DNA of 55,969 nucleotides from the NCBI GenBank assembly GCA_002245135.1, contig NGBS01000607.1, positions 62,001-117,969 on the forward strand, in the 5' to 3' direction. Below the pieces are notes generated by a model, which was not told the origin of the DNA, did not search any database, and worked only from the letters and a program-made list of their open reading frames with translations. The DNA comes from Proteromonas lacertae. Taxonomy: Eukaryota. Made by a program: the position numbers and the translations under genes. How positions within the stretch are numbered: position 1 is the stretch's first letter; every line of letters begins with the position of its first letter. Shown in pieces: positions 22,519-34,672 of this stretch.

Positions 22519-23799
22519 TTACCATAAATGTCCTGCTCCATATATACTACGTGAGTATAGAGGATTAGGTCTACTTATCCTTCCTGATCTTGTCCTTCTA
22601 ACTTTATTAACAAAATCAAGTGCTGCATTATTATCCTTATAATCCTGTACTGCTTGTTCTACAGGATTTACTGGAACTGTTTCAGTAACAGGTTGTAACT
22701 GAGGATCATCATTAACAACTACTCCTGGAGGAACATAATCTGGATCTCTCCTATACTGTTGTAACTGTTTTCCTATTGATCTGTAATACTGTTCATTCTG
22801 TTTAGCAAAGGATGGATGCGAATCTGAAACATTTAATAATTCGTACTCTTTAAATCTTTTAGTAACTGTTCTTCCTTCATCATCAAATACATCAATCTCA
22901 TATGAAAAAGGATTTTTCCTCTTTATAGTATAAACCTGATCACTATACCTATGAGACTTATCTAATTTTGATCTAGGTCTTTCCCTAACTCTCACTTTAT
23001 CTCCTACATTAAAAGTAGATCCTCTCTTTGCTCTGAGATTCCTATTATAATTCCTCGATTCATGGAGGAATTTCAATTGTAGACTCATATCATCATACAC
23101 TTCATTTGGAGTATATCCTTTAATTCCTGAATGAGGAGTGTTGTTATAATCCTTTACAATCCTCTGGATAAAATTATTTAAATCAGCTTGAGTTTTTATT
23201 TCATTTTTCATATCTTGAGTACTTCCTCTATAGTAAATAAGATCCTTTATTGTCCTAACTGCTCTGTCCAAAATTCCCATAATATTATGTTCATCTGTAT
23301 CCTTAAAATGAATCTTTATTTTATACCTTTTACAAAAACTTTGAAATTCATTACTTATAAATACACCTTCTCTATCACATATAATAGAAGCAATGAATAT
23401 CATATATTCCTCTTCTCCTTCAAAAATTCCTTTTATCCTATTCTGAAATACAAACCTTGTAAAAGCGTCTGCAAAAGCTAAACCACTTCTACTTGCTAAA
23501 GTATATACCCAAACTTTCCTCGATACAACATTAATAATGAATAAGGATGGAGGACCATCATTTCCTTGAAAAAAAGCAAAATCAATCATGAAAGTTCCTG
23601 GTACTTTAATAATAGTATACCTTAATTTTTTAGGACGAACTCTTTTAGATGCTAATTGATATCGTGGAGAAGAATATGCAAAAGTCTTAGCTTCATTTTC
23701 ACTATAACCATAGTGAGTACAAATATCGATGAAATCCTTTGCAGATAGATAGTTATATTGAGAATAAAGATCTTGTAAAGTCTTTTTTGGAATATCCAT
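22519..23799 (-). CDS. Retroviral-like (rve) integrase
   Basis: MIDFAF..ICDREGVF..GILDRAVRTIK..YNNTPHSGI..TPNEV..FNVGDKVRV; no chromodomain seen. Confidence 0.93.
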   Translation of the reverse strand: MDIPKKTLQDLYSQYNYLSAKDFIDICTHYGYSENEAKTFAYSSPRYQLASKRVRPKKLRYTIIKVPGTFMIDFAFFQGNDGPPSLFIINVVSRKVWVYTLASRSGLAFADAFTRFVFQNRIKGIFEGEEEYMIFIASIICDREGVFISNEFQSFCKRYKIKIHFKDTDEHNIMGILDRAVRTIKDLIYYRGSTQDMKNEIKTQADLNNFIQRIVKDYNNTPHSGIKGYTPNEVYDDMSLQLKFLHESRNYNRNLRAKRGSTFNVGDKVRVRERPRSKLDKSHRYSDQVYTIKRKNPFSYEIDVFDDEGRTVTKRFKEYELLNVSDSHPSFAKQNEQYYRSIGKQLQQYRRDPDYVPPGVVVNDDPQLQPVTETVPVNPVEQAVQDYKDNNAALDFVNKVRRTRSGRISRPNPLYSRSIYGAGHLW

Positions 23800-23851
23800 A
23801 GAAAAACAAAAATAAGAATATAGTAAGGAATTAATGATAATTATCAATTAA

Positions 23852-24775
23852 TTACTTTTTGTGTTTGTGATTCTTCTTTAAAGATAAAGCTCCAATATTA
23901 CTTCTCTTAATTACTGGAGGACTTAAGGATCTGTCTCTCTTTCTTTTAGGAGTACTAAACTTCTTTTCCTCTTTTTCCTCTACCTTATCCTTAACTTTTT
24001 CTTTAACATAATCATCACTTACAATCATAACATCTCCATCAATAAATAAATTAATGAAGCATATATTGTTCTTAATAGTATACTTTAAAGCAACTACAGG
24101 AACAACAACATCCTTATCTTCCATATCAGTCCAATCCTCATATACTGTTTTATCATTTCCTACAAGATTATGTCTATCATCATTCTTCCAAATAAGGATC
24201 CTGTATAAATTGAGGACAACTTCAATACTATGTTCCAAATGTTTAGAAGTTTTTAAATAATCAGCTATATCATACAACCAAGAGGATTTCAACTTTATCC
24301 ATTCACTTGCATCACAGTCCTTTCCTGCAAATCTAGCTACTTGAACATTGGTAAACTTCACAGAATAATATCCTTCTTGATCCTCTTTTGGTTTCTCTAA
24401 CTTCATCTCAGATACATGTCCTATAAAAGTTAACCATCTATTTAAGTGAGGAGGAAGATAATCACTTACTAATCCTCTTGCAGATTCTAACTTAGGAATA
24501 TTTCCCATTTCCAACATTTGTTTATCACCCATGATTTTCCTCACTAATTCAGCTTCATACTTAGGTTCAGGATTACTTTCCATTTCATCTATGTTGTTTT
24601 CCTTACACCATCTTTCATAATCTTTAATATAAGGTTTTTGATATTCACTTTGTGATACTGGTTCAGTTTCAACATTTTCATAATCCTCTTCATCACTAGT
24701 TATAGTAGTGTTATCCTCCTCAGCCTCCTCTTCTACATACTTTTTTGAAGTAAAGTACTTTTTACCAGAACTCAT
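23852..24775 (-). CDS. Viral protein divergent from pPolB (possible ssDNA-binding protein)
   Basis: 307-aa ORF with acidic N-terminus, beta-rich core and basic tail; function is speculative. Confidence 0.6.
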   Translation of the reverse strand: MSSGKKYFTSKKYVEEEAEEDNTTITSDEEDYENVETEPVSQSEYQKPYIKDYERWCKENNIDEMESNPEPKYEAELVRKIMGDKQMLEMGNIPKLESARGLVSDYLPPHLNRWLTFIGHVSEMKLEKPKEDQEGYYSVKFTNVQVARFAGKDCDASEWIKLKSSWLYDIADYLKTSKHLEHSIEVVLNLYRILIWKNDDRHNLVGNDKTVYEDWTDMEDKDVVVPVVALKYTIKNNICFINLFIDGDVMIVSDDYVKEKVKDKVEEKEEKKFSTPKRKRDRSLSPPVIKRSNIGALSLKKNHKHKK

Positions 24776-24976
24776 GATTTTTTAAAAGTGTTTAAAATAG
24801 TTAAAAATAGCAAGAAAATTGCAAATGAAAAAAGTAACGATTTTTAAGTAGATCTTTCATTATCCAATTAAAATTTAGTATACGTTCTTATTTGACCAAT
24901 CATATCATTTGACCAATTATATTAAAGTATAGTCATTTTTTGTTTTCTTTTTAGTTTTGAATTTCTTAAGTATAAA

Positions 24977-27900
24977 ATGAAGAATAAAAGGAAAAGAACT
25001 GATAAGCAGAAGAAGTATGCATTAAATGCAAAAACTCATTTATTAGAAAAGATGTTAGAAAATGACGATAGTACTTCAGAATATTTCATTAATGCAACAA
25101 GTAAAAAAAGGAAAATAAGCGAATCCTCCTATATGAGGAACTTAGACAATAATCCTCGAGTGCATATTATAAATCCTGATTATGGAATGTATTTTGGTGG
25201 AGGAGAGGATGATATGGATGATGATAGAATTCATCCTCCAAGAGGAAATTTGGAGGAAAGAATAAAAAAATATGAATTAGAAGGACAATCCTCTGAAGGA
25301 GTGACAAGGAAATATGTAACTAATTTGAAGGATGTTCATCTTCTTACTCCAGAAGATTATTATAACTTCATTGTAGATAAAACAGATGTTCCTTTAAGAA
25401 TAAGTGAAATAGCACATGAAATGAAAAATATTAAAGTATATTTTGTATTTTGGTATGTTTATACATCCTCAGAGGATGAAACTGGTGAGGAAGTATCCTT
25501 ATTTCATAATACAAGGAATATTTTAATTAATGAGTATGACAATCCTGCATCAGTAGCAGCTAAAATGCGTTCTCTATTTCATTCTATAAATGAAGAAGAT
25601 TTTTCTCCTCCAGAATCTGGTTTAATATTCCAATATATGGATTTAATGGAAACTCATATAAATCAATATCAAATTATGGCAGGAGCAGGAGGATCCTATA
25701 AGATTCCTGATATATTTAATAATAAGTACTGTTTGGATCCTTGTGAAAATAAGGATGATGATAATATGGATTGTTTTTGGAGAGCAATTAATTCATGTTT
25801 AAAGAAACAGCATTTACCTCAAATAGAACCTAATAGTGAATTTATAACAGTACCAGTAGCACCTGTTAATAATCTTGATATAGATAAAGTAGAACAAACT
25901 TATGATATAAATATAAACATATTTGCAATTGATGAAGAGGAAAAGGATAAACCTAAAATCCTTCCTTTAAGATATAGTTTAATTGATAAGAATGTTTGTA
26001 ATCCGGTTATAAATTTATTGTTCCTTCCTAATAATAATGATACTACTGATGAAGTAATTACAGGTCATTATTGTGCAATTAAATCCTTGAATAGAGTTTT
26101 CAGCTTAGTATTTAATGTAATATACAAAAATGTTAATGAACCTTTGGTATGTCCTTATTGTCCCTTTTATACTTATAATTCAAAATCATATGCAAATCAC
26201 AAATCAGTAAATTGTCAAAGTCCTGATAATGTTATAAGGATCTTTCCTGATAAGGATAGTGAAGAAGCTTTTATGAAATTTGAACATTCTAACAGAGAGG
26301 ATATGATTCCTGTAGTTATATATTATGATACAGAAGCATATATTGTCCCTATTGATAATTCTCAGGAAAAGACAAAAACATTAAGATCCTTCAAAAATGA
26401 ACATAAATTAAAATCATACTGTTTATATGTAGAGAGTAAAATTCCTCAAATAAAATCTACAACCATTATGAATGTTAAGAAATTAGAAGATGAAAATTTG
26501 GAAAAAGAATTTATGGAAGATATAATGACAATTTATAAAGATGTAAAACACTTATACAATATAATTAATTTATATCCTAAAGATTGGGATCAAAATGAGG
26601 AAGATTTAGCAATCCATATGAGTAAAACAGTTTGTGATTTTTGTAAGAAACCTTTTACACCTTTTGATCCTAAAGTCCTTCATCATAACCATTTTACAGG
26701 AAAGTACATTGCTTCAATTCATTCTAAAGAGAACTTAGCAATTAAAGTAAAAGGATACAAGATTCCTGTTATTGGACATAATGCAATGAGATATGACCAA
26801 CATTTCATCATTAGAGAACTTGCAGAGATTGCTAAACAGACTGGTTTAAATTTGGATATCCTTCCTTCTACTGATGAAAATTATAAAGCTATATTCTTTG
26901 ATAGATTAATGTTTATTGATTCATACCAGTTCCTTTCTGAAAATTATCGAGTTTAACAGAAGATTTGAAAATTACAGCTTTAGAATTGAATTGTAAAAAA
27001 GTAAAGTTTAAAGTAATCTATGATAACTTTCCTGAATTAGATGAGGATATTATTGATAAGTATCTTCTTCAGAAAAATTACTTTCCTTATGAGTATGTTG
27101 ATTGTTTGGAAAAATATGATAATCAATTTAAGGATTTGAAAATAGAGGATTTCTATTCTAGTTTATCCAATTCAACAATAACAGAAGAGGAATATAAGTT
27201 TGCAATGCAAGTTAATAATATTCTATTTGAAGGAAAAGCTTCTATAGGAGAATATTGTAACTTTTATCTTTGCATTGATGTTTATATCCTTTGTTCAGTA
27301 TTTGAGGATTTTAGACAGAACATCTTTAATCACTTTCATATTGATCCTTGTTGGTATGTTTCAATTCCTAGTTTATCCTTAGATTTATTCTTAAAAGAAA
27401 GTTCAGTTAAGATAGAGTTAATTCATGAACCTGAAATATATGATTTCATTCTCAATGGATTATATGGAGGATTATCCTACATAGGAAAAAGAAAAGAAGA
27501 TGCTAATAATTTCTATATGAAGGATTATGATCCTAAGAAACCTTCAAAGTTTATTGTCTATCAAGACATGAATTCCTTATATCCTTCAGTAATGTATTTG
27601 TGTAAACTTCCTATAAGGAATTATCATCTTTATTGTTATGAGGATCCTGGTTGTCCTAAACTTCATGAGATATTAGATTCTACCAAATTCTATGATAAGA
27701 ATGATTCCTTTGAAACTACAGGATATATGTTAGAAGTAGATATAGAACCTATTTCCTATTATAAGGAATATTTAAGAGAATATCCTATTTTACCATCAAG
27801 AAGGAAAATTAGCTATGATGAATTATCAGATATTCAAAAAGAAAAATTAGAAGTATTATACTCTCAAAAAGAGGATGATCAAAAGAATCCTAATGTTCAA

Positions 27901-28941
27901 AAATATATTTCCTCTGAAAAATTAGTAACTGATCTACTTCCTAAGGAACATTATGTCATCCATTATCAGAATCTTAAGTTTGCAGTGGATCATGGATATA
28001 AAGTTACTAAAGTATATAAAGTACTAACATTCTTGGAAAGTAAACATATGTCTAAACATATAGATCAATTAAAGGATATGAGAGTTCATGCAAAGGAAAT
28101 GCATCAAACATCGACTGCTAATATTATGAAGAAATTACTTAATTCACTTTATGGAAAAACATTAGAAAGGGTTGATAAGAGGAGAAGTATCAAATTAGTA
28201 GTTTCAGAAAATCAAGCAAGAAAAGCTATTAGAGATCCTTGGTTTGATAAGATAGATACTATACATGGAGATTTAAGATTAGTACATTATCATAAAAAGA
28301 TGTTTAAGATTAACAAACCTATTCAGATTGGTATGACAATCCTTGCTCTTTCTAAATTATTAATGCAACAATATTGGTATGATGGAGTATTACATTACAA
28401 TTCACCAGAGGATGTTAGACTCTTAATGACAGATACTGACAGTCTCCTCTTTTCTGTAAGGACAAAGGATATTTATTGGACTTTCAATCATCTTCAGAAA
28501 TATATAGATGGAAGTAATCTGAATATGCCTCCTTTTAATAATTACTACAAATGGGATTCTCTTTCATGTAAACCAGGAACATTAAATAAACTCAAGTTTG
28601 AGGAACAGGATGGTAAGAAATTCTATGTCATCACTAAGTTTAGAGGATTGAAATCCAAGTGTTACTATTATGAAAAGGAATGTGTTAATGATGGAACAAT
28701 CAAATCCTCCAACAGATGTAAAGGATTAATAACTGCTATAGCAAGTAAGATGACAGGAGATGATTATACTGAAATGGTTGATGGATATGTTTCTAAACAG
28801 AAGTTTGGTATAAATCATATTAGAAGTAGAAATCATCATATCTATACTGCTTATGAAGAGAAGATAGGACTTACATACTTTGATGATAAAAGATATTTTG
28901 AGGATGATTATGAAACAGTTCCTTATGGATACAATAATTAG
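24977..28941 (+). CDS. Protein-primed family B DNA polymerase (TP-vOTU-exo-pol), 1-nt frameshift at 26940-26943
   Basis: YYDTEA, HNAMRYD, YLCIDV exonuclease motifs; DMNSLYP, KKLLNSLYGK, TDTDS polymerase motifs; CFWRAI..GHYCAI; adding one A gives DSYQFLSEKLSSL. Confidence 0.95.
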
Positions 28942-28985
28942 ATTTCCTCTAATATTATATATTGATTCTATATTGATATTTTGTT

Positions 28986-29356
28986 TTAATCTATTCTAGT
29001 CTATACTATAGTCTAGTCCTCCCTCAACCCCTGCCGCCTGGGACCCCCCCTCGGCCCCCCACACAGTGGGGGGCTGGTCAGATAAAAATCATAGTCCATC
29101 ATAAAATTCTATCATGGAGGATTTCTAATTTTTTAATAACATTATCTATATGGTTTAACATTTTTTCTTTCTTTCATATTTTTATAATGAGGATTTTTAA
29201 ATTTTTATTATTCCTCTTTCAGAGAGGATCTAAAAATCATATATCCTCTTTCAAAGAGGATCTATAAATCCTCTTTCCTCTTTCATGGAGGATTTAAATG
29301 AGGTTAATCCTCCTCTTAACCCTTATAAAAGAGGATTTAGTACATTTATATTATAT
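28986..29356 (-). repeat. Right terminal inverted repeat (371 bp)
   Basis: Reverse complement of 7052-7421. Confidence 0.97.
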
Positions 29357-29361
29357 AAAAT

Positions 29362-32300
29362 ATGACCATTCTGTTATTCTTCCTTTTATGTATTTAACTA
29401 GTTCTAATATTTATTAGATTTGAGTGTTTATTCTAGTGGTATTCCTAACAATATCACAGAAAATATCGTAGAAATACCTACAAATCAGTATTCTATTATT
29501 CAGCTTCAAAAACTCTTGTTAAATCTAGATACTTTGGTAAATACAAAAGGCGAACTACCACCAGGTTATACATTAGATAAAAGTACAGGTATTATATCAG
29601 GAAATACTGAGAGTGAGCCATCACATTACGAAATCAACCTTTATTCTGATAAAAGTACTTCCTATTTCACCTCATTGTCATTGAATGTTATTGATTTTAA
29701 AGATATGAACAATGTAATAAGTGTGTTGCTATTAAAAGACAGTAAAGTAACAACCTTAAGTGAATTATTATTTTCACTGAAAACACAATCACTTTCATAC
29801 AAAGAAGAAATGATAAAAGATGCAATTTATAATCCAATAGATGAAGAAAGAATATTACAAGTAATTGTTCATTTTTCATTTAAAATAGACGTGTTAGAAG
29901 AAATAACAATATTAATTGAAACAGAAGATAATGAAGATGATGAAAATGATGTAGTAAGTTGTTATATTGATGATATACAAACCAGAATTCAACCTATTGT
30001 TAGAAATAAAACATCATTTATCATAAGAGAAACATTAGAACCTAAAATTCATACAGTTTACATTATAATAAATTTGAATATTAAAATAAAAATAAAATGG
30101 TTAAAAGACAATGAATTTGATATTATAAATAGTGAATTAGATAATATAAAATCTTTTCCTCTGATTTCAACACTAAGTTATAGTAATTCTCTAAAGAAAA
30201 GAGATTTACAAACAAAATATGTAAATTATTGTAAAAATGATGGTTATTTTGGTGAAGGAAAGGCTAATAATAATATTCGTAAATATTGTCCTGATGGTAA
30301 TAATATTGGTTATAGAATTAGTAGAGCATGTGTAAACATCAATAATAATGTCTTTTGGGATTATATAATATCTGAATGTGATTTATATAATTATTGTCCA
30401 GATTTTCAATCATTTTCAAAGTCATATATAGGTGAAGTAGCTTATAGAAATTGTGGTAATAATCAAATAGGAAAAGAATCAAGAGAATGTATCAAGTTGA
30501 GTAATGGGAAAGCAAGTTGGGGATTAATCAATTCTGATAGTTGTATAGACATTAATCCAATAATCCATTACTCCAATAGAGAGATATATCTATATAAAAA
30601 TGAACCAGTATTAATAATGCCAACTAAAATATATCAAATACGAGAAAATTCATTAAAAATGAGTGATATTCCAGAAGGTCTATATTTTGATAGTATTACA
30701 GGAATTATATTTGGAAATGTAACAGATGACTTTGTTAGTAATGAAATAATTATATCTGGAACTGGAATTGATAATAAACAGTATAGCGCTGTAATAAAAT
30801 TGATTTTTACATATTACACTACTGGAATAGTAAAATATGAACAATCTTACATTTTTTATATTGGTATTGAAAGAATAGATATACCAGAACCAACAATAAA
30901 TGGCGCAGTATCAAATTTTAAATCTGATCCAGAGTTGCCAAGTGGACTTTATATAAATCAAGCTACAGGAAGGATATATGGAACAGTAAAACCAATAATA
31001 AATACACCATCGAAAATAGTATACACTATTACAGAAACAAAAAGTGGTAAATCATCTATGTTTCTAATTGAAACTATTCAATTAACATGTGAAAAAATTG
31101 ATCAGAATGGAGTTATATGGAAAGAAACAAATGTTGGAGAATATACAGTCTCAAATTGTCCATCAGAATATGAAGGAATGTTGAGAAGAAAATGTTTATA
31201 TGACAATGGAAAAGCTAGATGGTCAGATGTGGATGGTATTTGTCAAAAGGTTGATTATTATTGTGAGAGTAATTTATATCCAAAAACACCAGTAGGAGAG
31301 ACAGCATATAGAGAATGTGAAAAAGGTCTACGTGGTTCTATACATGCAGATTGTGTAAGAACTGTAGATAAATCAGCAACTGTATTTGTAAATGAAATAG
31401 ATGAATGTGAAGTGTCTTTTTCATATAAATTTTCAATTGATAATCAAGTCTTTTTACCAAATAAGCCATTTGTTATTGCTCCTAGTTTTAATGAGAGTGA
31501 TAATGTTGTTTTTAGTTTAAATGAACCTTTTGATGGTTTGAAAATAAACACAAAAACTGGTGTTATCGCTGGAAATTTCTCACAAGATACATCATTCTTT
31601 GTCAAAGGAGAAGTAAATGGTAATGTAGAGATGGTTGAATGTAGAATTTATGTAAGATCTTTGACTTGTGAAAAACCTGATGTTGAGTATTTATCAGTAG
31701 TATATGAATCATGTGATAATAATAATGAAAATGTATTAGGATATAAATATAGAAAATGTGATGTAATAATGAATGAAGATTCAAATGAAAATATATATGC
31801 TGAATATAGTGATTATAACACTCAACTATGCAAGAATAATATGAATCACAATGTAGGAGTAGTATTCACAATTGAAGGTTTTGAATTGAGTAGAATCAGT
31901 GTTTATGAAAGTTTTGTTATAAGAGTTTTTTTTATTCAATTAATGAATAATCATGGTATAGAATTAGAACATGAAGATATTATCATTCAAAATAGTGGTA
32001 ATAACAACAATAAATTTTTAGTTTTTAATATATTATTAAGTTGCAAAAATAGTTTAAGTGATGATGTGTTTGATGTGTTGAATAGAGTAACACAAAGTGA
32101 AATATCTGAAATTATTAGTGAATTAAAATATAACAGTATTGTTTTTACTTATCCATTGGATATTTTCAATCCTTATATTGTCATTGATTCAAATAATAAT
32201 GGTGATAATAATAATAATGATAATGAAGATGATAGAAATGATGATAAAAGCAATGACAAATCAGATAAAGTCATTCTTTATATATCAATTGCATTATCAA

Positions 32301-32803
32301 TTGTTATTCTGATTCTCATAGTTATTATTATATATATAGCAATGAAACTTCAAAAATATAAAGCAATTCAAATTAAAAATGATAGAAAGAAGAAGAAAGT
32401 TAAGGATAGAAGTGGTAGTATTAATCAGAACAATAATAACAAACCAAATGAAGTGAATAGTATAAAACCTAATGAATCTCATCATGAGACTAATATACCA
32501 GATTTACCAATTGTTTCTCCTCCTGCACCAGTGACTATAGAGATTGAAAATCCTCCTAATGAAATAATTGTTCTTCCACCTTCAGCTAATTCACCTCCTC
32601 CTGTTAATTCGCCTGTTCAGCAGAATGAGAATAATGAAGAACATATAGTTCATGAAAGTAGTAATATATCACATATTCCATTAAGTCCTCCTGTTATATA
32701 CTCATCAGCTAATAATTCAAACGTAGATGAAAATATACCTCAATTACCATCTTCATCTGTTGAAAATTCTGGAAGTAAAGTAAAAATAGATTATACTAAT
32801 TAA
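29362..32803 (+). CDS. Type I membrane/surface protein with putative-Ig (He_PIG) and Cys-rich hormone-receptor-like repeats; intron 29390-29417
   Basis: Spliced signal peptide MTILLFFLLYLSVYS; LPxGxxxxxxTGxIxG four times; WKETNVGE..CP..G..RRKC..W..C repeats; TM helix VILYISIALSIVILILIVIIIYIAM; Pro-rich tail. Confidence 0.85.
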
Positions 32804-32896
32804 ATTAACATTATATACTACATATTTGAATTTTATCATGTGATTTATTGTTTTTTTCAAAATAGAATTAATGAAACGAATTTTATTTTGAGATTA

Positions 32897-34672
32897 ATGA
32901 ATTTCTTTTTTTCTCGATTAATACCAATTAGAAACATCAGTAATTTACGAAAGATTGTTATTACATCAAGAAATATACTCACATCATCAAATAATGTCAA
33001 AATTAATACTTTAAAGAATTTATGCTCCACAGTTAGTACTCTTCTTGAGAATAATAGTGATCTGGATATTGAAAACTGTTTAGTCCAATATATAAGTACA
33101 CATTCATCGTATGATGATTCTGAAGTAAAAATACTTAATGCTATGTTTTATAATATTATCAATCACAAACAATCGCAATCACTTATTTCCACATTTAATA
33201 TTTTAATGAATTTATATCCGCAACTTAACAAAACTCAAATTATCAATTTATTGTTGTCTACACTGTCAAGATGTGAAAAATATAGTGAATGTGAAACTAT
33301 AATTAACTCTTTGAAAGATGTAACAACCAATTGGACTCCTTACTTCAAAGAAATAACAAATTTATATGAAAAACAAAACAATTTTTCAGAAATTCAAAAA
33401 TACTACAATTTAATAGTAAAACAAAATTTAACTTTGGATAATATTACCCTTAATCGTTATTTAAGAACTTTACTATACTTTTATAAAGGAAATCTCTCTG
33501 AAGAAGTGATAAAATATCATTTACATCATGGAATACTATTATCAAGTGAAATATATCAATTACATTTATTATGTTTATATCAAATTGGAGAATATGATAA
33601 AATAATAGAGACTGTGAAATCATTAAATAAATATCAATCTCAAATAATACAACCGGTGTTATTACATCCATTATATATCGCATGTGAAAAGATAAATGAT
33701 TTTGAATATGTAAATGAAATATTTGAAAAATTATCAAATAGCAACAACAGTAATAATAATAAAGAATTATATTTTCCTCGTCCTTTTTCAACATCATTAA
33801 AGTTATGTATAAAATTAAACAAAATAAAAGAAATAAATGAGTTAATAGAAAATGGTTTGAATAAATATTTAAATGAAATCGGAGATATTGGAGTGGAAGT
33901 TATTTTTTGTTATTTTTGTAATAATAATAAAACAGATGAAGAATTAATTAAAGTGTATAATAAGTTATTAGAAAGTGATATAAAATATCATGGATCTACA
34001 TTTCATAATGGAATAGATGAATTAATCAAATCTAAAAGATATAGTTTAGCTATTCAATTACATCAAATATTATTAAATGAAAAAAATAAAGAGAAATGGA
34101 AGTATTTGTATTTTCAATTGTTAAGTAAAATATTACCAATTTATAAGCAACTTAACAGAATAAAAGAAATAGATGAGATATATGATAAATATAAGTATTA
34201 TATTCCAAATATATCAGCTGCATTTGGTTATGTTTATAGTGATATAAACAAAGAAAGAAGTCATTTAGAATGGAAAAGAGCAATTGCTAAATACAGTGAA
34301 TTATATCCAATATCAAATGGATATGTAAAAGAAGGATTAGAATTTTTATATAAAATAGATGATATTACTAGTCTGATGAATTTAGCATCTCGATATTGTG
34401 AAATAGAAAAATACAGAGATGTTAGTCTGGTTGTATTATCTATGAGATTATTAAGCAAAGCTAATAGAAATGATTATGTTGAAAAGATATGGAAGAAATA
34501 TAATAATAATTGGAAAGGTGTGAATAAGGAATATACTTTACTGTATAACATAATGCAGACTGATAAGAATGGTTTGAAAAGATGGTTGTTGGAAAAGGAA
34601 ATGAAATATATCAGTGATGAAGATGTGTGGATTACTAACAGAAAACAACAACAACATCCTGAAAAAACATAA
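32897..34672 (+). CDS. Alpha-helical repeat (PPR-like) protein, possible mitochondrial targeting
   Basis: Intronless ORF; N-terminus MNFFFSRLIPIRNISNLRK lacks acidic residues; helical-repeat periodicity. Confidence 0.6.
   Translation: MNFFFSRLIPIRNISNLRKIVITSRNILTSSNNVKINTLKNLCSTVSTLLENNSDLDIENCLVQYISTHSSYDDSEVKILNAMFYNIINHKQSQSLISTFNILMNLYPQLNKTQIINLLLSTLSRCEKYSECETIINSLKDVTTNWTPYFKEITNLYEKQNNFSEIQKYYNLIVKQNLTLDNITLNRYLRTLLYFYKGNLSEEVIKYHLHHGILLSSEIYQLHLLCLYQIGEYDKIIETVKSLNKYQSQIIQPVLLHPLYIACEKINDFEYVNEIFEKLSNSNNSNNNKELYFPRPFSTSLKLCIKLNKIKEINELIENGLNKYLNEIGDIGVEVIFCYFCNNNKTDEELIKVYNKLLESDIKYHGSTFHNGIDELIKSKRYSLAIQLHQILLNEKNKEKWKYLYFQLLSKILPIYKQLNRIKEIDEIYDKYKYYIPNISAAFGYVYSDINKERSHLEWKRAIAKYSELYPISNGYVKEGLEFLYKIDDITSLMNLASRYCEIEKYRDVSLVVLSMRLLSKANRNDYVEKIWKKYNNNWKGVNKEYTLLYNIMQTDKNGLKRWLLEKEMKYISDEDVWITNRKQQQHPEKT

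Larger units (their letters stand above)
7052..29356. mobile_element. Complete integrated Polinton/Maverick (polintovirus), 22.3 kb
   Basis: ~370-bp TIRs, 6-bp direct repeat AAAATA at 7046-7051 and 29357-29362, and the core gene set pPolB, INT, ATPase, MCP, mCP, PRO. Confidence 0.97.

Noticed and set aside
26930..26965. Split pPolB as two genes or a programmed frameshift
   Set aside because: The break is confined to an A4 run with no canonical slippery heptamer, and one extra A restores the motif. The same defect occurs in host CCDC146 (35320-35323), so a homopolymer error or point lesion is more likely.
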